Source: Lingula anatina
Taxonomy: Eukaryota; Animalia; Brachiopoda
Direction: 5' to 3'
Length of the DNA: 64,000 nt
NCBI GenBank assembly: GCA_051362555.1
Contig: CM120640.1
Span: 30,275,967-30,339,966 of the forward strand
The notes beneath the pieces were generated by a model. It saw only the letters and a program-made list of their open reading frames with translations. It was not told where the DNA came from and searched no databases. Below, in pieces: positions 54,803 through 64,000 of the stretch. The position numbers and the translations under genes were made by a program. Position 1 is the first letter of the stretch, and every line of letters starts with the position of its first letter.

Positions 54803-55709
54803 GTATTCCAATCTGGAGTTTGGACGGAATTAAAGGATTTCAATAATGCAACTTTACGAAGATTGGGTAAAGAGTTACCAAGTATTGTATTGAAATCTAG
54901 AACAGATAATACGGTGAAAAAATATACTTATATTTTCAAAAGTGGAAGAATTGGGCAAGGAAATTTACAGAGGTTAACACATTCCCGGCATCCACAAATC
55001 AGATTGCACTATATATGTTAAGTTTAATTCAACAAGAGAGTAAACCAGGAGCAATACAGGATGTGAAATATGCCTTAAAGTGGGTTCATGATATTGCTGG
55101 AATAACATGAAATTCTTGTGATAACGCTTTGATCAGTAATATTGTGGAAGCAGCAAAAAGAATGTCATGTAACAGAACAATATAAAAGGAAATAGTAACC
55201 AGGGACATGCTTAATAAACTTGTTAATACATTTGCAAAACCTAATGCCCAATTTGAGAGATGTCTGCAAAATATGTTTATTATCATTTTCAGGATTTTTA
55301 AGATATAGCGAGGTATCCTCAATTAGAAGAACAGATATTATATTCAAAGATTCATATTTTGAAGTTATTATTGAAAAAAGAAGTTATTATTGAAAAAAGT
55401 AGTTATTATTGAAGAAAGTATTTAAAGAAATCTGGAAAACATGTTTTAAGGGATACTGGAAAATTGTCGTGTACACGTATGAGAGCTCGAGAAACAGTTT
55501 TACAAAACTTTGAAGAATTGGGTTTTGATAAAAGTAAATTTGGTCTACATAGTCTACGAGCAGGTGGTGCATCAGCTGCAGCAAATTGCGGGATAAAAGA
55601 ACGATCATTCAAAAAACATGGTCACTGGAAATCGGACAAAGAGAAAGATGGTTATATTAAAGACAATATATTGCAAAGAATGAGTGTATCTTTAAACTTG
55701 GGTATTTGA
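54803..55709 (+). pseudogene. Tyrosine recombinase (YR) of the DIRS element, disrupted
   Basis: N-terminal SRTDNTVKKY; SFSGFLRYSE (catalytic R at 55301); GLHSLRAGGASAAAN (HxxR at 55548-55559); KKHGHWKSDKEKDGY (Y at 55653). Contains frameshifts, a stop and a deletion. Confidence 0.93.
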
Positions 55710-55886
55710 TATGCTTTTACATTTTGTTTGTCGATATTGTAGGACAAGAATGTGATGCCAATATGAATCCAGAGTGGATGTGGATTAATAAATTATGTTC
55801 ATATTTAAGTAGATGAAATTGTATTTGTTTTCTTTTTTAGGATAAAGTAATGATACACAGAGGAGGCCCGTTCTTTGTGGTCGAAG

Positions 55887-56023
55887 CAGGCAAAGGCACA
55901 TCGACTCATTCCTATTTATAAATAAATGATTTGATGTTTGAAGATGAAGTGGTTTTATTCGTTGAGAGTTATTAGACGATAAATAATTTATATATGTTTA
56001 AGCTTAAGCGAATTAGAATATAA
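55887..56023 (+). repeat. Split direct repeat B1 (137 bp)
   Basis: Matches 56320-56456 with about 5 substitutions; directly abuts A2. Confidence 0.95.
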
Positions 56024-56149
56024 ATGTATTTATTGTTGTTTAACGGGTCAACGATGACGTGTCTTAGGAGGAAGGTCATTAGGAGGTACAGGGGACGCTG
56101 TATTCAAAAGGTGAACAGATCACGTGAGGATGGGAAACGATCATTCGAA
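56024..56149 (+). repeat. Split direct repeat A2
   Basis: Copy of 50916-51041. Confidence 0.95.
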
Positions 56150-56319
56150 ATAAAAGTTTTTGTATAAAAACATTTGTATAAAGATGGGGTTTGATTATGC
56201 GTTATAAAATTATCAGATTCATATAAGTAAGAACTCTACCGGAATTGGAATTAGGCTATGCGGGAAATCTAACTGGTGACAGAGCAAACGTTTGTATGTA
56301 ATATTGTATCGTCTGTACA

Positions 56320-56456
56320 CAGGCAGAGGCACATCGACTCATTCCTATTTATAAATAAATGATTTGATGTTTGAAGATGAAGTGGTTTTATTCCTTGAGA
56401 GTTATTAGACGATAAATAATTTATATACGTTTAAACATAAGCGAATTAGAATATAA
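56320..56456 (+). repeat. Split direct repeat B2 (element 3' end)
   Basis: Copy of 55887-56023; the satellite resumes at 56457. Confidence 0.95.
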
Positions 56457-56480
56457 TTTATGTGTCTGTTTATACTCTGA

Positions 56481-57975
56481 TAACAATACAGAATAGAATA
56501 TAATGCAAACAGAATATAAACAGACACACAGAGATACATAAGGTAAACAAACACACAGGGATACAGTGACAACACAATCATGCAGAGTAATAGTAATGAT
56601 TACAAACAAATAGAGTGACAACAACAAACACAGTAATCAAAATAAATACAAAGAAACATAGTCACAAAACAGACATACACTGTGATTAGAAAAAAGTTTC
56701 ACATGTACAGTGACAACAGTAACGTTCACAGTAATGACAATGAACACAAAGGAAAAGATTGAAAATGCAGTCGTACACAGTCATCTCGATATGTTCAAAC
56801 ACATTTAGTAACAATACAGAATAAACACAGCAAACATTGATCAGAATTAAATAAAGACACAAAAAGTAACAACACAAACATACACAGTGATCAAAATAAA
56901 ACTACAATTAAGATATAGTAATGATTACAAACAAAGTGACATACACATTGATGAAAAATATTAACATGTACAGTGACAATAGTAACGTGCACAATAATCA
57001 AAATGAATACAAATTAACAAACACAGTCACAATACAGACATACACAGTGATCAGAATAAATTTTGACATGCACAGTGACAACACAACCATGCACAGTAAC
57101 AAGAATGAACACAAATTAATTGGGTGATTACACTTTCATACACAGTGATCACAATATATTTGTATACAAACACATTCAATGACAATACAGAATGGAAACA
57201 ATTATCAAAGTATAAACAGACACATAAACTATGATGACAGTGACAACACCAACATTAACAGTTAAAATAATAACTAGAAATAAATAAACGTAAGCAGAAT
57301 GACTACAAACAAATAGAGTGACAAAACTGACATACACAGTGATAAGAAAAAAATTCACATGTACAGTGACAACAGTAACATGCATGATAATAAACACAAG
57401 TAAAAAGAGTAAAAAACATAGCCACACACAGTCATCACAATATATACAAACATATTCAGTAACAATACAAAATAGACACAGCAAACAGAATATTAACAGA
57501 CACATAGATATAAAGTGAACAACATCATCATGCAGAATAATAGTAATGATTATAAACAAATAGAGTGACAAAAATAACAGACACAGTGCTAATAATAAAT
57601 ACAAACATGAACAGTGACAAGACAAACATGCACAGTAATCAAATTAAATGCAAACAAACACAGTCAAAATACAGACATACACAGTGATCGGAAAAATTTT
57701 TGATATGTACAGTGACAACAGTAACGTGCAGCATAAGAATGAAGACAAGGAAAAAGAGTGAAAACATAACCCTACACAGTCATCACAATATACAAACACA
57801 TTCAGTAACAATGCAGAATAGACACAGCAAACATAAGATAAACAAACACACAGGCATACAGTGCCATGCACAGTAATAATAATGATTACAAACAAATAGT
57901 GACAAACTGACATAAACAGTGATCAAAATAAATATTGGCATGTTCAGTGACAATAGTAACGTGTACAATTATCAA
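56481..57975 (-). repeat. Diverged satellite monomers in inverted orientation
   Basis: Reverse-complement motifs such as catgcagagtaatagtaatgattacaaacaaatagagtgac and acatgtacagtgacaacagtaac. Confidence 0.93.
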
Positions 57976-57979
57976 ACAC

Positions 57980-58138
57980 TAGGTTGTCTTATTTGTTGTC
58001 TGTGAACGGTCATTCTATGTCGGAGAGTGTCTCCAGTTTGTCCTATATAGTTCTCACCGCATCCACTGCAAGTTAATACATAGATTAAATTTGAGCTGGT
58101 GCAGGTGAATGGGTGTTTGATTCTGAATGTAAGTCCAT
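57980..58138 (-). pseudogene. Penelope GIY-YIG endonuclease, N-terminal half (inverted segment)
   Basis: FRIKHPFTCTSSNLIYVLTCSGCGENYIGQTGDTLRHRMTVHRQQIRQP shows IY...CxxC...YIG, R and H in the Penelope EN pattern. Confidence 0.9.
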
Positions 58139-58140
58139 AA

Positions 58141-58323
58141 ATAAGACAACCTAAATACCAGTACACGTCTGTGAGTGGGCACATTAGGGAATGCTCTATG
58201 AACAAAAACAAGGATTTTACGGTATTCCCATTTTATAAATTCACCAGGGAAACAACCCAAACAGAAAGGGAAATAAAAGAAAATCTATTCATTAATAAGT
58301 ATAAACCTACATTGAATAGATAA
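58141..58323 (+). pseudogene. Penelope GIY-YIG endonuclease, C-terminal half (not in the ORF track)
   Basis: Manual translation IRQPKYQYTSVSGHIRECSMNKNKDFTVFPFYKFTRETTQTEREIKENLFINKYKPTLNR* contains the conserved H, R..E and P.LN. Confidence 0.88.
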
Positions 58324-58414
58324 AAGCATTGGTAAAAGTAACAATTAAACACTCATTGTTAAAGACGTCACATTCAAGCCTTTATGACATCACCTAGTAA
58401 CAAATAAACAAAAA

Positions 58415-58443
58415 CCCCTGAAGAAAGAAAGAAACCGGTCGGG
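58415..58443 (+). ncRNA. Degenerate minimal type-I hammerhead ribozyme motif
   Basis: ccc-CTGAAGA-aagaaa-GAAAC-cg-GTC-ggg: both core boxes, a palindromic stem III (ACCGGT) and stem I ccc/ggg are present, but stem II cannot pair. Confidence 0.65.
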
Positions 58444-58512
58444 GCAAGAAAGTTGCTGTTCTTCTTTTTCTTTTATTATATATAATATTACTCGTACAGG
58501 AAAAACGTTTTC

Positions 58513-58518
<6 letters not shown>

Positions 58519-58595
<77 letters not shown>

Positions 58596-58628
58596 CATTT
58601 TTACATTTTTTGACTTATGAATAGCACA

Positions 58629-58660
<32 letters not shown>
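58519..58660. repeat. (TA)n and (CA)n microsatellites
   Basis: TA run 58519-58592; CA run ~58625-58660. Confidence 0.97.
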
Positions 58661-58662
<2 letters not shown>

Positions 58663-59330
58663 GAAAAAAATCACAATATATATACAAATACATTCAATGA
58701 CAATACAGAATGGAAACAGTAATAAGAGTATAAACAGACATGTATATAAACTACATGTATGATGTCAGTGACAACACCAACATGCACAGTTAAAATAATG
58801 ACTAGAAAAAAATTAACTGACAAAACTGACATCCATATTGCTGATAATAAATACAAACACAAACAATGCCAACACTAAAATGCACAGTAATCAAAATGAC
58901 TACAAACAAATAGTGACAAAACTGACATACACAGTGCTCACAATAAATACAAACATCAACAGTAACGACACAAACATACACTGTGATCACAAAAAATACA
59001 AACCCAAACACTGACAAAACAAACATGCACAGTAATGATTATGGTTATATACAAACAGAAGGACAAACAGACTTTAACAGTGATCAAAATTATATGAAGA
59101 CATTCAGTAACAATACAGAACAGACACAGCAAAAAGAATATTAACAGACACATAGAGATACATAAGATAAACAAACACACAGGGATACAGTGACAAAACA
59201 ATCATGCAGAGTAATAGTAAAGATTACAAACAAATAGAGTGACAAAGCTGACATACACAGTACTCACAATAAATAAAAACAAGCACAGTCAAAATACAGA
59301 CATACAGACAGTGTACAGTGGCAACAGTAA
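58661..59330 (-). repeat. Most diverged inverted satellite monomers (array end)
   Basis: Reverse-complement monomer motifs persist to tgtacagtggcaacagtaa. Confidence 0.88.
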
Positions 59331-59531
59331 TGTTAGCGTTAGCGTATTATATGATGGGCTAGGGGATTTTGCCAATAGAGGGGTTAGTGTGAGAGCTAGT
59401 TTATTTTCATACCACTTGGTATGTATTCCCACTCACAATATGATGATGTAGAGGTATGACCCTTTTAAGCTCAAGAAGTAGGGGTAAACTTACAGTTAAT
59501 AGCAATGAATTTATTTTGTTTAGGTGTTATC

Positions 59532-59532
<1 letters not shown>

Positions 59533-59566
<34 letters not shown>
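59533..59566. repeat. (TG)n microsatellite
   Basis: Direct reading. Confidence 0.95.
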
Positions 59567-59568
<2 letters not shown>

Positions 59569-61063
59569 GTTTTAAGGAATCGCACATATAATATGAGAAC
59601 CGAATAACTGAAATGAGTTGAAACAGTATTAGAAGGAGCAGATTTGTGCACTGTATAAATTAACGTTATTATTTATAAGCATTTTCACATGATTATTTTA
59701 AAATGAATGTTTGATAAAGATAACGTTTCAGGGTATTGACTTTGGCAACTGAGGAAGTGGGGAGGGGGGGGGGTCATTGTACTGAGCTGGCGCAATGCCA
59801 ACATACATGTATATGCATGTAATTAATTTTATTCATTTCCACATATAATATAAATGGGCAAAACAATCCACATCATTATACATATTATAAAATGAATATT
59901 ATATTATTTATAAATGGGCAAAACAATCTGCACAATCAAAATATAGGCCTACATGTTACATTAACCAAGTTTATAGGCTACAAGTTGGGAATTAACGATG
60001 TTGTCAGGGGAATTAGTACGAGTACCCCCCCCCCCCCTCCCCGTTAATTTATTCTTTTGTAGTTGAAATTGTTAGTTACATCTATGAACTTAGATAATCT
60101 GAGGATACATGAAATTAAATGGCTTAATTACACTTTACTAATCAATTTCAAATGAATAACATGCAGTGGCAGATTTAGGGCCAGGTGTGTGTTGGGTCCC
60201 GACTCCCCCCTTCGATGTCTGTAAAAAAATAACATTATGTTGAGAAAAGTGGGAACAGTGTGGGTTGATTTGTCCCATATATATAGTTTATAATGATTAA
60301 CCTGTTAATTGTTTCTTGGCACCGATTTGTATATTTGATGCTAGTCCAGGAAGCAAAAAAGATATAACTGTTATTCTGCTAATTTATTGCCCACCAATGA
60401 AGTAGAATTAAACAATTTAATTGATCCATTCTTACCAAGACAAATGTTCAAAGCAAAAATATAGTGGTATGCTCAGATGCTTTATTTACTACTTTTAAAA
60501 TGTACATGTAGTTCTGTCTCATTTTTGTACTAGGTACCTAGCAATCTCTCAGGACGTATAAATGTTTAATCAAAATCAAATCAAAATCAGAGATTCAATA
60601 TGAAAGACATTTGTTGTAGATGGATATTTTTTCTTTTGTTTAAACACTCCTTTTTGTTAATTCAATTTTGTTTTGGTGTTTTTTCCTGTTAGGAATCCTG
60701 TAACTTAGATTGTAGAAGTGAATAATTTGTTCACTGGATGCTGTTTTACTGAGCCACGCATATATTATCCACCGAGCCTAAACCTGTGAAACATTGGGTC
60801 AGGAGTTTTGCACATGCATGCTCGCTATTAAGCAATGTCGTTGGTTACCAAATAATAGCAAAAACTAAATAAGTGTAGTCCCCCCCCCCCCCCAAAAAAA
60901 AAAAAAAAAAAAAAAACATTTATTCACATAAGTCTTATAATACTTTTAGCATAACTATGTCACCCACAGAAAAAGTAGTTTGAAAAATAAAAGGAAGAAA
61001 AAGATACAGTTTATAAAGAAAGTTTAACTAAATCTCCGTCATGGGATATATTACACATACATA

Positions 61064-61065
<2 letters not shown>

Positions 61066-61110
<45 letters not shown>
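61066..61110. repeat. (TA)n microsatellite
   Basis: Direct reading. Confidence 0.95.
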
Positions 61111-61114
<4 letters not shown>

Positions 61115-62929
61115 TTTATATTTTACATTGAATACATTGTAAACAACTTGGACAAATATAACAAATTCTATTTTACCACCAAAATGGTGGTTCTTGCAAT
61201 TATTCTGGAATCTGTGCTTGCCACTAAACCATATGTGACCTTCAATCTTCACAGATGATTAACCTCTGATAATCTCTTAAGAGATGGGGGAAACACTCTA
61301 AATTATTAGTACCACCAGCATGTACGCTGGCAATACTCATGGTTTTAGTGACACTCGTTTGAATGCGCCCTTGTCATAATTTTTGAAAATTCAGTGCTAA
61401 ATATCTCTCAAACCGAAGGAATTATGGGAAAAATTACTATAGAAGTCTGACCAAAAGTCATGTGGAGATTCCAAATATGCCCTTAGATTTTACTTTCGAC
61501 CTTTATTTCAGGGTCAAACAGGCTCTTAGGTGCGTGTACTGCAGGTAATAAAGAGACCTTCGATTTGGAACTGGAAAAAATTTTGCAAACCACCCAAAAT
61601 TAATTTTATTTTAATTAAGAATTTAACTGTATTCCTGATTCTCATAAAATTAACTAAGAGGGCTCTGGCATAACTTAAGTGGCTCTTTTACTTCACTTGC
61701 ACAGTTTTGTTCAGATCTTAAATAATTTTTCCCACAATTATATAAAAATGAAGACATAAATACAGTACAGTATTATACCCTTAATTCAGATGCTAGTGCA
61801 CATGACTTTTTAACAAGTCCATCACCCAGACACCATTTTCAAAAATATATCAACAGCATCCCATTTGCACTCTATACAAAGGGTAATAATACAAACATAT
61901 AAAAAGATGTAATGGAACCTCCACAGTTAATGCAAAATTTTGAACCAATGTTCTTCATATATAATATTTGATATAAGTGTATGGCAGTATATAATAATAA
62001 CACAATTTCCAGGATTTGATAGTAGTAGCCTCTTACAGAATTATACTGGATCCATTATCATTTCTGCATTAAATAAAGACATTGCAGTTATAATCACTGG
62101 GCCAGTTAAGATTCCCTTTTGCACTTGTACAATTAAAAAAACTGTCACAAGTGTTGCATTATGACAAAATTAACCTGCTCTTATGCCCAATAGGTATTAT
62201 TTTGAAATGCCTTTTGTCTGCAACAACTGAAAATCACGAAAAAGATACTATTAGTTATTAGCATTAATCATCAAACCAAAGGGATAACACAGCGACATGT
62301 TTTTATGTGTCAAAAACTGTGAGATCCTTAAAGGCTTTCTCTGGGCATAGTAAACTTTTAAGCAATTTAATGAATTTGCCAACTTAATCCATAAATTTAA
62401 ATATTAATGCATTTCTTGAAAATAAATAAGAATACACATTACGTCTTTCTTAGAATTACATTTTTGGTATTTTAAATGTAACATCCAACTCTTACTTGTA
62501 AATTAAAATATCTCAATTCTCATTATTATTATTATTATTTTGACAAAATTAAATTCCATATTCATACCAATATTTCTTAAAATCAGAATAAATATAGCCT
62601 AAGCACTAAAAAGTCTTGTGGGAGATCTTTGGTGTTTTGTCCAATCCATATTCCAACAGGTGCTCCACTGCCTGAATAAAAAATAAAAAATGATAACAAA
62701 ATTACTATTAATATACCAGGAAAAAAGGAACATCCCTACACAATGTTTTAATGTATATATACAAATGTGTCTATACAAAGTTAATTTTGTTGTTCAATAC
62801 ATTATAGATAAGTTGTTGTTGTTGTTAATACTTCTATCATTATTATATTTATCAATTCTAACCAAATGTCATGATTTTCCATGTGACATTTAATGTTGTC
62901 ATTTTATTGCACTTTGTTATGATTCTTAC

Positions 62930-63306
62930 CTTCTTACCCCTGTTGCTAATCATAATATCCAGATAACTGTCAATTACCTAAAACATAAAGCATGTAACAG
63001 TTATATATTTCATATTAAAAAAATCAAACAGCAGAAAGAGAGATTAACATCTTCATAGGTTGAGTACATAGTAATCAGTAACAAGGCAAATGCTGTAAGG
63101 CATAATTTGAGTCCATGTAGCTCATTTTAACAATAGATATAGATGTGATTCTTATATTTTACCTGTGTAACAAAACTGTTTACGTACTTTATCAGCAAGC
63201 ATCCCATTAAAAGATGTTATGCTATCATGTGTAATATGATGGGACTCGATGTTCTTTCCAAGTGTTATGTTGGTGCTTTGTGGAATGACAGCATCTTCAA
63301 TGATAA
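62930..63306 (-). pseudogene. Two candidate spliced exons (63306-63188, 62977-62930) resembling the start of a Ulp1/SENP (C48) protease domain
   Basis: GT-AG boundaries (aaa|gtacgt; ttttag|gta; aag|gtaaga) join in phase 0 to give IIEDAVIPQSTNITLGKNIESHHITHDSITSFNGMLADK|VIDSYLDIMISNRGKK, resembling the Ulp1 motif IT..D...L....WL.D.vI..Y. No catalytic triad seen. Confidence 0.4.
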
Positions 63307-63599
63307 CTTAAAACTTTTATAATTTCAAAGTGGAGAAAACATTTGTTATATTTATAATATAAAAATATGATTGATTATGGTATTCATTTTAAAATAACAC
63401 TTATCTTACAAATTGCACCATTCCATAATACATTAAACTGTTCTCCTAACTCAAATGTACAGCAAGCAACTCAGAAAAAAATAATTAAAAATAAGAATAA
63501 AAATTATGGTCTGCAGTAATATGATTATTACAAAATCCGCAGATAAAATTGACCAACTTTGAATATCGGGTGTCAGTTTGTCACCATTGACCATGAAAA

Positions 63600-63935
63600 A
63601 CAACTAGATGGCTACACTTGTAGACTATGAAGAAGAAACTGAACTGGCAAACAATTTATGAACAGATAGAATTTAAAAAAGCAACTCTAGTTTTTAAATC
63701 ATTAAAAGGACATTCACCAAAATACATTAGGGACTTACTGGGTACATGTACCAGTACTACGACCATGGACCATGGACAGACAGAATCATCTGATTACGTA
63801 ATAAGGGAAATCTCTGGCAGACATAAAGACACAATTAAGGCCCAATATGGGCTTTGGATGAAATTGGAATTGCTTTAACTCTCAAATTAAAAACTCCAAA
63901 GACTTGGATACTTTAAAAATATTTTTAAAAAATCA
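63600..63935 (+). mobile_element. 3' fragment of a CR1/L2-group LINE (ORF2 C-terminus)
   Basis: LNWQTIYEQIEFKKATLVFKSLKGHSPKYIRDLL, then in another frame WNCFNSQIKNSKRLGYFKN; these match the LxW...YK.L.G..P.YL and WN.L...IK....FK tail motifs. Confidence 0.7.
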
Positions 63936-63954
63936 AAAGTATAAAGTATAAATC

Positions 63955-63969
63955 TATTATATATATATA

Positions 63970-64000
<31 letters not shown>
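63955..64000. repeat. (TA)n/(TG)n microsatellite running off the window edge
   Basis: Direct reading. Confidence 0.95.

Larger units (their letters stand above)
50916..56456 (+). mobile_element. PAT-like DIRS (tyrosine-recombinase) retrotransposon; both ends intact, coding regions decayed
   Basis: Split direct repeats A1...B1-A2...B2; gag, RT (YLDD), RNase H, MT-like and YR motifs in order. No TSD: the flanks cattatag|tttatgtgtctg rejoin the uninterrupted satellite seen near 48932-48952. Split repeats plus an MT domain point to PAT-like rather than Ngaro. Confidence 0.93.
57977..58518 (+). mobile_element. Penelope-like element 3' fragment with 5' inversion
   Basis: The GIY-YIG domain is split over both strands with a 15-bp overlap; the 3' UTR has a hammerhead-like motif and is followed by (TA)n. 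Confidence 0.88.

Noticed and set aside
51384-55612. Minus-strand ORFs within the DIRS element
   Set aside because: Antisense shadows of gag, pol and YR with no independent motifs.
50916-56149. A1/A2 as ordinary LTRs
   Set aside because: No TG...CA termini, TSD, PBS or DDE integrase. The element extends to B2 and encodes a YR.
59740-60215. Short inverted repeat ttggca...tgccaa, a 60-bp-spaced direct repeat (tataaatgggcaaaacaatc) and a gcagtggcagatttaggg MITE-like end
   Set aside because: Too short, and no partner terminus or TSD to define an element.
61028-62893. ORFs 61028-61252, 61940-62164 and 62690-62893
   Set aside because: Short, low-complexity or microsatellite-spanning, with no recognisable motif.

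Overview
AT-rich eukaryotic (animal, probably invertebrate; inferred from repeat content) DNA with no intact host gene that I can support. Bases 1-46707 are one strand-asymmetric (T/G-rich) satellite array. Its ~348-bp monomer is seven ~49-bp subrepeats, arranged in irregular kb-scale higher-order blocks, and the array carries ten copies of a ~112-bp foreign relic. The degenerate edge of the array (46.7-59.3 kb) holds four insertions: (1) an internally deleted LTR retrotransposon with a 4-bp TSD and an acidic ORF; (2) an unrelated ~320-bp tandem repeat; (3) a decayed PAT-like DIRS tyrosine-recombinase retrotransposon with intact ends (A1...B1-A2...B2 split direct repeats; gag, RT-RNaseH-MT, YR), which contains a ~95-bp hairpin-repeat array and a probable spliced YR; (4) a 5'-inverted Penelope-like GIY-YIG fragment with a degenerate hammerhead motif. 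The satellite flips orientation 24 bp after the DIRS element. The last 4.7 kb contain microsatellites, candidate exons of a Ulp1-like protease and a LINE 3' fragment. Nearly all ORF-track entries are satellite artefacts.
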